Shown here: in pieces, positions 10,696-19,053 of the stretch
Layout of the letters: each line of letters opens with the position of its first letter
How positions within the stretch are numbered: the first letter of the stretch is position 1
Source of the DNA: Candidatus Methylomirabilota bacterium
Lineage (GTDB): Bacteria; Methylomirabilota; Methylomirabilia; Rokubacteriales; CSP1-6
Reading direction: 5' to 3'
NCBI GenBank assembly: GCA_035275385.1
Contig: DATEMW010000343.1
Location: 1-48,881 of the forward strand
Length of the DNA stretch: 48,881 nucleotides
Position numbers and translations under genes: made by a program
Notes under the pieces: generated by a model
Seen by the model: only the letters and a program-made list of their open reading frames with translations
Told to the model about the DNA's origin: nothing
The model's database searches: none

Positions 10696-11278
10696 GATCG
10701 AGGTCCCCAACCCCGAGGAGATCCACGAGCGCGGCGAGACGTCGTTCGGCCGTCGCGCCGCGCTCACCACGGCGATCTACGCGGTCGTGCTGTCGATCGG
10801 GTCGCTCGGCGGCAACAACACGGTCAAGGAGATGCTGCTCGCCCAGCAGCAGTCATCGGACCAGTGGGCGTTCTATCAGGCCAAGGTGATCCGCGAGCAC
10901 CAGTACCGCGGCCAGAAGATGGTCTTGGAGAGCCAGCTGGCCGAGCCGTCGACGCTCAAGGGCGCCGAGCGCGCCAAGGTCGAAGCGCTCGCGGCGAAGT
11001 TCGCCGAGGAGGAGAAGCGCTACAACACGGAGAAGAAGGAGATCGAGGCGGACGCCAAGAAGCTCGAGGCGGCGCGTGACCACCGCCGCGAGCGCCATCC
11101 GTATTTCGAGTTCGGCGAGGTGCTGCTGCAGATCTCGATCGTCAGCGCCTCGGTGGCGATCCTCTCCACCTCACGCCAGATGTTCTGGTTCTCGATGGTC
11201 CTGGCAATCTGCGGCGCCGTGCTCGTCCTGAACGGGTTCGTCCCGCTCTTCTCGCTGCCCTTCCTGCACCACCACTGA
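10688..11278 (+). CDS. DUF4337-family membrane protein
   Basis: GTG start overlaps ytxH by 8 nt. The [15 protein letters not shown] motif is present, with two C-terminal TM helices typical of DUF4337. Confidence 0.7.
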   Translation: MAEIEVPNPEEIHERGETSFGRRAALTTAIYAVVLSIGSLGGNNTVKEMLLAQQQSSDQWAFYQAKVIREHQYRGQKMVLESQLAEPSTLKGAERAKVEALAAKFAEEEKRYNTEKKEIEADAKKLEAARDHRRERHPYFEFGEVLLQISIVSASVAILSTSRQMFWFSMVLAICGAVLVLNGFVPLFSLPFLHHH

Positions 11279-11301
11279 TCGAGCCGCCGCCGCGGATCCG
11301 C

Positions 11302-11802
11302 TCATCGCTCCGCAGCGCCGGAGTCCGTGACGCGGCGGGGGATTACGCTGATCCCGCCGTTTTCCTCCAGCATGGCGACGTGCACCTGCCCGACTTCCTC
11401 GACGCCGCTCCGGCGGAGTGCCGCGTTCAGGTCGTCGAGCGTGACGCGCTCGCTCACCAGGTTGTCGTGCAGGATGCGTCCGTTGTGCACCAGCAAGGTG
11501 GGCTGGGCTTCCAGCAGCCGGCGGGCGCGCGGGAACCGAAACGTGAGCTCCACGACTAGATAGTTCGCGAGGAAGATGACCGCGGCGCCGATCAGGCCCC
11601 CGGCGAGCGAGTTGTCCGGACCGATCATCGCGTTCTGCAGCACGTTCGAGATGATCAGCAAGACGATCAGATCGAACGGTGTGAGCTGTCCGACCTGCCG
11701 CTTGCCCAGCAGCCGGAACGCCAGCAGCAGGAACAGATAGACGATGAGCGATCTGAATACCTTCTCCCAGACGCCAACGTCGGGCAGCCAGATGCTCGCC
11801 AT
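11302..11802 (-). CDS. DUF421 (YetF-like) membrane protein
   Basis: FRLLGKRQVGQLTPFDLIVLLIISNVLQNAMIG is the DUF421 core. The start lies only 6 nt after the lpdA stop. Confidence 0.8.
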   Translation of the reverse strand: MASIWLPDVGVWEKVFRSLIVYLFLLLAFRLLGKRQVGQLTPFDLIVLLIISNVLQNAMIGPDNSLAGGLIGAAVIFLANYLVVELTFRFPRARRLLEAQPTLLVHNGRILHDNLVSERVTLDDLNAALRRSGVEEVGQVHVAMLEENGGISVIPRRVTDSGAAER

Positions 11803-11808
11803 CGGCTC

Positions 11809-13191
11809 CTAGATGTGGATCGCCTGGCCCAGCGCGGCCAGCGTTGCCTCCAGGGCGGCTTCCGACAAGGTCGGGTGAGCGTGGATCGTATGGATGATCT
11901 CCTCGAGCGTCGCCTCGAGGGTGCGGCCGACCGCGAACTCGTGGATGATCTCGGTCGCCTCGGGGCCGATGATGTGGACGCCGAGGATCTCACCGGTCGC
12001 CTTGTCGGCGATCACCTTGACGAAGCCTTCGGTCTCGCCGAGCGCCACCGCCTTGCCGCTGGCCGTGAACGGAAAGCGTCCGACGGAGACCTCGCGCCCG
12101 GCTTCCTTGGCGCGCGCTTCCGTCAAGCCGATCGAGGCGATCTGCGGCCGGCAATAGATGCACGAGGGGACGTTGCCGTAGTCGACCGGCCGCGGGCTCT
12201 TGCCGGCGATGGCCTCGGCGGCGACGACGCCTTCGGCCATGGCCTTGTGCGCCAGCAGGGGTGCGCCGGCCATGTCCCCGATCGCGTAGAGCCCCTTCAC
12301 CGAGGTCTCCATCGTCGGCGACACCTTGACGAACCCGCGCTCGAGCTGCACGCCGAGGCCTTCGAGCCCGAGCCCCGTCACCTTCGCGGCGCGGCCGACG
12401 GCCATCAGGACCTGCTCGACCTCGAGCTTCTCGCCGCCGAGGTCGAGGACGGCGCCCGGACCGCCGGGCTTCACGGATGCGACCTTGACGCCGGTCTTGA
12501 CCGTGATCCCGCGCCGGGTGAACGTCCGCGTCAGCTCCTTGGAAACCTCTTCGTCCTCGATGGGGACGATGCGCGGCAGCGCCTCCAGCAGGGTCACCTC
12601 GACGCCGTACGAGGCGAAGACGTCGGCGAACTCGACACCGACCGCGCCCGCGCCGATGACCGCCAGCGACTTGGGCTTGCGCTCGTTGCGCACGGCGCCG
12701 TTCGACGAGATCACGAGCTTCTCGTCGATCGTGACGCCCGGGAGCGACTTCGGCTCCGAGCCGGTGCCGAGGATGACCGCGCGCGCCTCGAGCGTCTCGG
12801 TACCGCCGCTCCCCTTCACCTCGACGACGTTCTTCGACTTGAGCGTGCCGCGGCCGGGGAACAAAGTGATCTTGTTCTTCCGGAACAGGAACTCGACGCC
12901 CTTGGCCATTCGGTCGGCGACCCGGCGGCTCCGCTGCACGGCCTCCGGGTAGCTCGCCTCGAACCCGCTCAGGCGGATACCGAAATCCGCCGCGTGGGCC
13001 ATCAGGTTCACGACCTCGGCGTTCCGCAAGAGCGCCTTGGTCGGGATGCAGCCCCAGTTCAGGCACACGCCGCCGGGCCGGTCATCTTCGACCGTGGCCA
13101 CCGTCAGGCCGAGCTGGGCGCAGCGGATCGCCGAGACGTAGCCGCCCGGCCCGGTCCCGACCACCACGACGTCGAACTTGTGGCTCGCCAT
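11809..13191 (-). CDS. lpdA: Dihydrolipoyl dehydrogenase (E3)
   Basis: VVVVGTGPGGYVSAIRCAQLG is the FAD fold. GGVCLNWGCIPTKALL is the redox-active disulfide. The HAHPTLSEA C-terminal motif is present. Confidence 0.95.
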   Translation of the reverse strand: MASHKFDVVVVGTGPGGYVSAIRCAQLGLTVATVEDDRPGGVCLNWGCIPTKALLRNAEVVNLMAHAADFGIRLSGFEASYPEAVQRSRRVADRMAKGVEFLFRKNKITLFPGRGTLKSKNVVEVKGSGGTETLEARAVILGTGSEPKSLPGVTIDEKLVISSNGAVRNERKPKSLAVIGAGAVGVEFADVFASYGVEVTLLEALPRIVPIEDEEVSKELTRTFTRRGITVKTGVKVASVKPGGPGAVLDLGGEKLEVEQVLMAVGRAAKVTGLGLEGLGVQLERGFVKVSPTMETSVKGLYAIGDMAGAPLLAHKAMAEGVVAAEAIAGKSPRPVDYGNVPSCIYCRPQIASIGLTEARAKEAGREVSVGRFPFTASGKAVALGETEGFVKVIADKATGEILGVHIIGPEATEIIHEFAVGRTLEATLEEIIHTIHAHPTLSEAALEATLAALGQAIHI

Positions 13192-13193
13192 GG

Positions 13194-14549
13194 CTAGACG
13201 AGGAGACGCAGCGGCTCTTCGAGCAGGTGCTTGACGTCCTGGAGGAACCGGGCGCCCATGGCACCGTCCATCACGCGGTGGTCGCAGGAGATCGTCAGCA
13301 TCATGCGTCGGCCGACGCCGAGGCCCGTGTCGTCCACCACCGGCACGCGGCGAACCGATCCGACCGCCAGGATGGCCCCTTCGGGCGGATTGATGATCGC
13401 CGAGAACTCGGCGACGTCGAACATGCCGAGGTTCGAGATCGAGAACGTCGCGCCGGAGAGCTCCTGGGCTCTGAGCTTCCTGCTACGGGCGCGCTCGGCC
13501 AGGTCGCGCGCCTCGACCGCGATCTGGGCCAGCGGCTTGGCGTGGCAGTCTCGCAGGACCGGCGTGATGAGCCCTTCATCGAGCGCCACCGCGATGCCGA
13601 TGTGCGCGCGATGGAAGACGCGGATCGCGTCGCCCTGCAGCGAGGCGTTCACGCCGGGATGCTTCAGGAGCGCCAGCGCGCAGGCTCGGATCACGAAGTC
13701 GTTGACCGAGATCTTGGGCTGACCCTCCAGCGCGTTCAGCTGCTCGCGGAGCTCCCACGCCCGGTCCATCGCCACTTCGCTCGTGACGTAGAAGTGCGGG
13801 ACCGGCGCCTTCGACAGCGGCATCCGGCGCGCAATCGTCGCGCGCATGGGCGTAAGCGGAACATCTTCGAACTCCGCCCCCGCAGCCGCGGCCGGCATCG
13901 CGACAGCCGCGACACTCGCTGCAGCACCCGACCCAGCCGCCTCGACATCCCGCCGGATAATGCGTCCCCCAGGCCCCGACCCCTGAATGAGCCGCAGGTC
14001 GACTCCAGTCTGCGCCGCAATCTTCTTCGCAAGCGGCGACGCCTTCACCCGTCCTCCCTGAGCTCCCTGCCCTAAGCCAGCGGGAGCAGCGGCGACAGCG
14101 CTGACTGCCGCAGCCGGCCGAGCAGCCGGCGCCACCGGCGCTTGAGCGGGTGTCGCTGGAGCGGGACGAGCCGGGGGCGCGGCCGCCGAGGCTGCGGCCG
14201 GTGGGGTGGCCGGGGCAGGCTCGGCGCGAAGTGGGGTTTTCTGAGCGGCCGAGCCTGCCCCGGCCGCCCCGCCGGCCGCAGAAGCGACGACTGAGCCGAT
14301 GTCATCGCCAGGTTCGGCGATGACCCCGATGAGCGCGCCGATGGCGGCAGTCTCCCCGGCCGGGACGAGAATCTTGCGCAGAACGCCAGCGCCGAAAGCT
14401 TCCATTTCGACGTCAGCCTTGTCGGTCTCCACCTCGGCCAGGATGTCGCCGCCCTGGATCTTGTCGCCTTCCTTCTTGAGCCACTTGATGATCTTGCCGC
14501 TCTCCATCGCGTCGGAGAGCTTCGGCATGACGACCTTGGTGACGGCCAT
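13194..14549 (-). CDS. pdhC: Dihydrolipoamide acetyltransferase (E2) with a single lipoyl domain
   Basis: ILAEVETDKADVEMEAF is the lipoyl-lysine motif. A long Ala/Pro linker and an SPLAKKIA E3-binding domain follow. The catalytic motif is SCDHRVMDGA. Confidence 0.93.
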   Translation of the reverse strand: MAVTKVVMPKLSDAMESGKIIKWLKKEGDKIQGGDILAEVETDKADVEMEAFGAGVLRKILVPAGETAAIGALIGVIAEPGDDIGSVVASAAGGAAGAGSAAQKTPLRAEPAPATPPAAASAAAPPARPAPATPAQAPVAPAARPAAAVSAVAAAPAGLGQGAQGGRVKASPLAKKIAAQTGVDLRLIQGSGPGGRIIRRDVEAAGSGAAASVAAVAMPAAAAGAEFEDVPLTPMRATIARRMPLSKAPVPHFYVTSEVAMDRAWELREQLNALEGQPKISVNDFVIRACALALLKHPGVNASLQGDAIRVFHRAHIGIAVALDEGLITPVLRDCHAKPLAQIAVEARDLAERARSRKLRAQELSGATFSISNLGMFDVAEFSAIINPPEGAILAVGSVRRVPVVDDTGLGVGRRMMLTISCDHRVMDGAMGARFLQDVKHLLEEPLRLLV

Positions 14550-14552
14550 CGG

Positions 14553-15566
14553 CTAGCTCCCGCTCGCCTGACCGTTCGTGTGGCCATTGGCGTTGCACAC
14601 GCGTCGGACCGCGTTGACGATCCAGTCCTTCGACGGCGTCTTGAGCCGCTCGAGATTGCGCGCGTACGGCATCGGCGCGTTCGCGCCGGTCACGCGCTCA
14701 ACCGGCGCGTCGAGATCGTCGAACGCCTGCTCGGTGACCGACGCGGCGATCTCCGAGCCCATGCCGGCGAAGCCCGCGCCCGCCTCGACCACGACGACCC
14801 GGTGGGTCTTGCGCACCGATCGGATGATCGTCTCGGTGTCCATCGGGCGAAGGGTGCGCGGGTCGACGAGCTCGACGGAGATGCCCTCCTTCTCGAGCTC
14901 TTCCGCCGCCTCCATCGCCCGATACATCATGCCCATGTAGGCGATCACCGTGACGTCGGTCCCCTCGCGGCGCACGATCGCCTTGCCGAGCGGGATCGTG
15001 AAATCCGGATCCTCGGGCACCTCGCCCTTGACGTTGTAGAGCGTCTCGGACTCGATGAAGATGACCGGGTTGTCGTCGCGGATCGACGATTTCAAGAGCC
15101 CCTTGGCGTCCATCGGCGTCGTCGGGCGGACGACCTTCAGGCCGGGCACGTGATAGAAGTACGTCTCCATCGACTGCGAGTGCTGCGCGGCCAGCTGCGC
15201 GGCCGGGCCGCCGGGGCCGCGGATGACGATCGGCACGTTGAACTGACCGCCCGACATGTAGTTGATCTTGGCGGCCGAGTTGACGATCTGATCCAGAGCG
15301 AGCAACGCGAAGTTGAAGGTCATCATCTCGACGACGGGGCGCAGCCCGACCATCGCGGCGCCGATGCCGACGCCCGTGAACCCCGATTCGGCGATGGGCG
15401 TGTCGACGATGCGCTGGGGGCCGAACTCCTTCAGGAGCCCCTGCGTGACCTTGTACGCCCCCTCGTAGAGCCCGACTTCCTCGCCGATCACGAAGACGTT
15501 CGGATCGCGCCGCATCTCCTCGCGCAGCGCCATGTTCAGCGCTTCGCGATAGGTCATCACCGCCAT
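14553..15566 (-). CDS. pdhB: Pyruvate dehydrogenase E1 beta subunit
   Basis: MTYREALNMALREEMRRDPNVFVIGEEVGLYEGAYKVTQGLLKEFG is a typical heterotetrameric E1-beta N-terminus. Confidence 0.93.
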   Translation of the reverse strand: MAVMTYREALNMALREEMRRDPNVFVIGEEVGLYEGAYKVTQGLLKEFGPQRIVDTPIAESGFTGVGIGAAMVGLRPVVEMMTFNFALLALDQIVNSAAKINYMSGGQFNVPIVIRGPGGPAAQLAAQHSQSMETYFYHVPGLKVVRPTTPMDAKGLLKSSIRDDNPVIFIESETLYNVKGEVPEDPDFTIPLGKAIVRREGTDVTVIAYMGMMYRAMEAAEELEKEGISVELVDPRTLRPMDTETIIRSVRKTHRVVVVEAGAGFAGMGSEIAASVTEQAFDDLDAPVERVTGANAPMPYARNLERLKTPSKDWIVNAVRRVCNANGHTNGQASGS

Positions 15567-15567
15567 C

Positions 15568-16581
15568 TCAGGCCTCCTTGTAGATGTCGGTGAAGAGCCA
15601 GTCGCCAGGCGGCTCCGGCGAGGCGTCGGCGTAGGCCACCGCCTCGTCGACCCGGTCGTTCACGTCCTTCTCCATCGCCCGGATATCGGCCTCCGAGAGA
15701 AGCCCCGCGGCGATGATCTTGTCCCGGAACAGCACGATCGGATCGCGGAGCTTCTCCCGCTCGACCTCTTCCTTCGTGCGGTAGACGGCGCCCGCCGGAT
15801 CGCGCATCGAGTGACCGCGATAGCGGTAGGTGTCGGCCTCGATCAGCGCCGGCGTCTTCTGCTGCCGGGTCCGCGAGACCGCCCGGCCGACCGCGTCGCG
15901 GACCGCGAGCACGTCCATGCCGTCCACCCGCTCGGCCGGGATGCCGTAGGTCTGGCCGAATTTCCAGATCTCGGTCTGCGCCAGCGCACGCTCGACCGAG
16001 GTGCCCATCGCGTAGCGATTGTTCTCACACAGGAAGATGACCGGCAGCTTCCACAGCGCGGCCAGGTTCATCGACTCGTGAAACTCGCCCTCGGGTACGG
16101 CGCCGTCGCCGAAATAGCACACGATCACCTGATCGCCGCCCCGGTACTTGATCGCAAAGCCGACGCCGACCGCGATCGGCAGGTGCGCCCCGACGATCGC
16201 ATGGCCGCCGAGGAAGTTGGTGGTCTTGTCGAACAGGTGCATCGAGCCGCCCTTGCCCTTGGAGAGCCCGTCGCGGCGGCCGTAGAGCTCGGCCATCACC
16301 CGCTTGGGGTCCGAGCCCTTGGCCAGACAGTGGCCGTGCTCGCGATACGCGGAGATGGCGTAGTCGTCTGGGCGGAGGACGGACGTGGCGCCGACGGCCA
16401 CCGCCTCTTCGCCGATGTAGAGATGGAGGAAGCCGCCGATCTTGCCCAGCGCGTACCCCTCCGCCGCCTTTTCCTCGAAGCGGCGGATCAGGGTCATGTC
16501 GGACAAGAGCCGCTTTGCCGCCTCGGCGTCGACGCCGAACCCAGAAGACGCCGCCTCACTCCGTGCCAGTGTCTTGGCCAT
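15568..16581 (-). CDS. pdhA: Pyruvate dehydrogenase E1 alpha subunit
   Basis: GFLHLYIGEEAVAVG, GKGGSMH, the ThDP motif GDGAVPEGEFHESMNLAALWKLPVIFLCENNRYAMGT, and TYRYRGHSMRDP. GGAGGA RBS lies in the 9-nt spacer after the nuoK stop. Confidence 0.93.
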   Translation of the reverse strand: MAKTLARSEAASSGFGVDAEAAKRLLSDMTLIRRFEEKAAEGYALGKIGGFLHLYIGEEAVAVGATSVLRPDDYAISAYREHGHCLAKGSDPKRVMAELYGRRDGLSKGKGGSMHLFDKTTNFLGGHAIVGAHLPIAVGVGFAIKYRGGDQVIVCYFGDGAVPEGEFHESMNLAALWKLPVIFLCENNRYAMGTSVERALAQTEIWKFGQTYGIPAERVDGMDVLAVRDAVGRAVSRTRQQKTPALIEADTYRYRGHSMRDPAGAVYRTKEEVEREKLRDPIVLFRDKIIAAGLLSEADIRAMEKDVNDRVDEAVAYADASPEPPGDWLFTDIYKEA

Positions 16582-16590
16582 GGATCCTCC

Positions 16591-16893
16591 CTACCAACGC
16601 ATGACGCTCAGCTCGTCCACCGACAGCCGCCGGCGAACGCGGAAGATCGTCACGATGATTGCCAGTCCGACAGCGACCTCGGCCGCCGCCACCGCCATCA
16701 CGAAGAACACGACGGCTTGGCCGTCGAGATTGCCCACGCGCTGGCCGAAGGCGACCAGCGCCAGATTCGCCGCATTCAGCATGAGCTCGATCGACATGAA
16801 GATCACGAGCGGGTTGCGCCGGACCACGACGCCCACGACCCCGATCGAGAAGAGCACCGCTGACAGCGCCACATAGTAGCTCTCAGGCACCAT
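16591..16893 (-). CDS. nuoK: NADH-quinone oxidoreductase subunit K (cluster 1)
   Basis: 100 aa with 3 TM helices. Both conserved membrane glutamates are present ([22 protein letters not shown]). Confidence 0.93.
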   Translation of the reverse strand: MVPESYYVALSAVLFSIGVVGVVVRRNPLVIFMSIELMLNAANLALVAFGQRVGNLDGQAVVFFVMAVAAAEVAVGLAIIVTIFRVRRRLSVDELSVMRW

Positions 16894-16926
16894 GTCGTTC
16901 CACCAGCCGGTCGCGGGCCTGCCCGG

Positions 16927-17421
16927 TCACGCGCGACGCCTCGCGAGAAGCAGCACGCCCACCATCGCGGCCAGCAGCAGCACCGAGGTGAGCTCGAACG
17001 GGAACAGGTAGCTCGTGAACAGCAGCCGACCGACCGCGCCGGCGGTCCCGCTGGGGCGGGTGGCCGCGCCGGGCCCGGTGAAGCGACCGGCCACGACGAA
17101 TACCAGGAGCAGCAGGAGGATTCCACCGATCGGCAGCGCGAGCAGCCGGGCGCTGCGCCGGGGGTCGGGCCCGGTCTCCTCCTTGCCCGGGATGAGCACC
17201 ATGATCGCGAACACGAACAGCACCATGATCGCGCCGGCGTAGACGATGACCTGCGCGGCGGCGAGGAACTCCGCACCCAGCATCAGGTAGAGCGCCGCCA
17301 CCGATCCCAGGTTGACGACCAGGAACAGGGCGCCGTGAATCGCGTTCGGCCTCAGGATGAGCCCCAATGCCGACCCCACCGTGATCGCCGCGATGACGAA
17401 GAAGGACACGTACGCCATCAC
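16927..17421 (-). CDS. nuoJ: NADH-quinone oxidoreductase subunit J (cluster 1)
   Basis: LGAEFLAAAQVIVYAGAIMVLFVFAIM is the NuoJ core. The position between nuoI and nuoK also supports the call. Confidence 0.9.
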   Translation of the reverse strand: MMAYVSFFVIAAITVGSALGLILRPNAIHGALFLVVNLGSVAALYLMLGAEFLAAAQVIVYAGAIMVLFVFAIMVLIPGKEETGPDPRRSARLLALPIGGILLLLLVFVVAGRFTGPGAATRPSGTAGAVGRLLFTSYLFPFELTSVLLLAAMVGVLLLARRRA

Positions 17422-17966
17422 GCTCTCCGGTTGGCCGGGATAGGAATCGGCGATCGCGGGCGTCCGGTCGGCTCGGCGGGCTCGAGGGACAGCAACATCT
17501 CCTTCGTATAGATCATCCCACCTCGGCTATACGAGGAGAACTCGAGGATGCCGGTGTCCATGCGGATCGCGTCCTCGGGGCACGCCTCCACGCAGTAGCC
17601 GCAGAAGACGCACTTGCCGAGGTCGATATCGAATCGCCGCGGGACTTTCTCGATCTCGGGGTTCGGATGCTCGTCCGCGACGATGTAGATGCAGTGGGCC
17701 GGACAGACGGTCTCGCACATCATGCAGGCCACGCACCGAGGCGAGCCGTCCTCGCGCCGCACCAGGCGGTGCAGCGAGCGCAGGCGCGGCGAGTACGGCC
17801 GCCGCTCCTCCGGGTACTGGATCGTGACCGCGCCGCTCTCGCCCTTACGGCCGAACGCGCGGCCCGTGTGGCGCGCCATGTTACGGAAGAAATGCGCGGC
17901 CGTCAGGCCGAGCCCGGCCAGCACCTCGACCAGGTAGAACCGCTGACGCAGGTTCATCGGGCTCAT
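17418..17966 (-). CDS. nuoI: NADH-quinone oxidoreductase subunit I (cluster 1)
   Basis: Start at ATG 17966 (ATGA overlap with the nuoH stop). Two 4Fe-4S motifs are present: CVACMMCETVCP and CVFCGYCVEACP. Confidence 0.92.
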   Translation of the reverse strand: MSPMNLRQRFYLVEVLAGLGLTAAHFFRNMARHTGRAFGRKGESGAVTIQYPEERRPYSPRLRSLHRLVRREDGSPRCVACMMCETVCPAHCIYIVADEHPNPEIEKVPRRFDIDLGKCVFCGYCVEACPEDAIRMDTGILEFSSYSRGGMIYTKEMLLSLEPAEPTGRPRSPIPIPANRRA

Positions 17967-19051
17967 CGCGTGCCCCAGGCTGCCAGCGCCAGGCCGGTCA
18001 GCACGATGTTGGCGATCGCCAGCGGAAAGAGGCCGAGCCACCCGAGCCGCATCGCCTGGTCGTAGCGGAATCGCGGCAGGGTCCAGCGGATCAGCATCAG
18101 CACGAAGATCACAGCGCCGACCTTACCCACGAACGCCCCCACCTGCAGCAGGGTCACCAGGAGCGGCGAGAGCGAGATGCCGGACCCCCACGGAAAGCGG
18201 AAGCCCTCGGCGAACAGGTACGGGATCTGCCAGCCGCCCAGGAACAGCGAGGTGCTGAGGCCCGCGAGGACGATCGTCTCGACCATGTCGGTCATCAAGA
18301 ACATGCCGAACTTCATCCCGCTGTACTCGACGAAGTAGCCGATGATCTCCGACTCGCCCTCCGGCGTGTCGAACGGGATCCGCTTCGTGGCGGCGATGCC
18401 GGCGGTCACGAACAGGATGAAGGCGAGCGGCTGGGTGATGATGCCCCAGGCCGGGATCCAGCCCCACAACAGGTGGCCCTGGCCGCGCACGATGTCCATC
18501 AAGTTCAGCGAGCCGTGGATCATGACGACGCCCATGATCGAGGCGCCGATCGCGATCTCGGCCGAGATCATCAGCGCCGCGGCGCGCTGGCCGCCGAGCA
18601 GCGCGAAGTTGTTGGCCGACGACCAGCCCGCCATCATGACGCCGTACACGCCGAGCGAGAGCATCGCGAAGACGTAGAGCACGCCCACGTTCAACGTCAC
18701 CGCCTGAAGCGGCACGACGCGGCCCGCCACCTGCAGGGTGTCGCCGAATGGGATCGAGGCGAACGCGACCAGCGCGAAGAAGACCGAGACGGCGGGTGCC
18801 AGCTCGAACAGGAGCCGATCGGCCCGCGCCGGGCGGAAATCTTCCTTCGTCAGCATCTTCAAGGTGTCGGCCAGCGGGTGAAACAGGCCGAGCGCTGTGA
18901 TGCCGAAGATCGAGGCGCGGTTGGCGCCGATGCGATCCTGCATGATCGCCGACTGCTTGCGCTCGACCCAGCCCAGCAGCGCGGCCACGTTCAGCACGAA
19001 GAGCATCACGAACGCGACGCGTCCGAACGCGATGGCCAGGTCGATGAGCAT
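17963..19051 (-). CDS. nuoH: NADH-quinone oxidoreductase subunit H (cluster 1)
   Basis: Start at ATG 19051, 2 nt after the nuoG stop. WVERKQSAIMQDRIGANR and PEGESEIIGYFVEYSGMKFG are NuoH motifs. The 864-aa ORF-track version is an artefactual extension through nuoG. Confidence 0.92.
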   Translation of the reverse strand: MLIDLAIAFGRVAFVMLFVLNVAALLGWVERKQSAIMQDRIGANRASIFGITALGLFHPLADTLKMLTKEDFRPARADRLLFELAPAVSVFFALVAFASIPFGDTLQVAGRVVPLQAVTLNVGVLYVFAMLSLGVYGVMMAGWSSANNFALLGGQRAAALMISAEIAIGASIMGVVMIHGSLNLMDIVRGQGHLLWGWIPAWGIITQPLAFILFVTAGIAATKRIPFDTPEGESEIIGYFVEYSGMKFGMFLMTDMVETIVLAGLSTSLFLGGWQIPYLFAEGFRFPWGSGISLSPLLVTLLQVGAFVGKVGAVIFVLMLIRWTLPRFRYDQAMRLGWLGLFPLAIANIVLTGLALAAWGTR

Positions 19052-19053
19052 GG

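Noticed and set aside
11292-11301. The GCGGATCCGC palindrome between the convergent DUF4337 and DUF421 genes, considered as a bidirectional terminator.
   Set aside because: The stem is too short (at most 4-5 bp with no loop) and there is no flanking U/A tract. I could not support any intrinsic terminator here.
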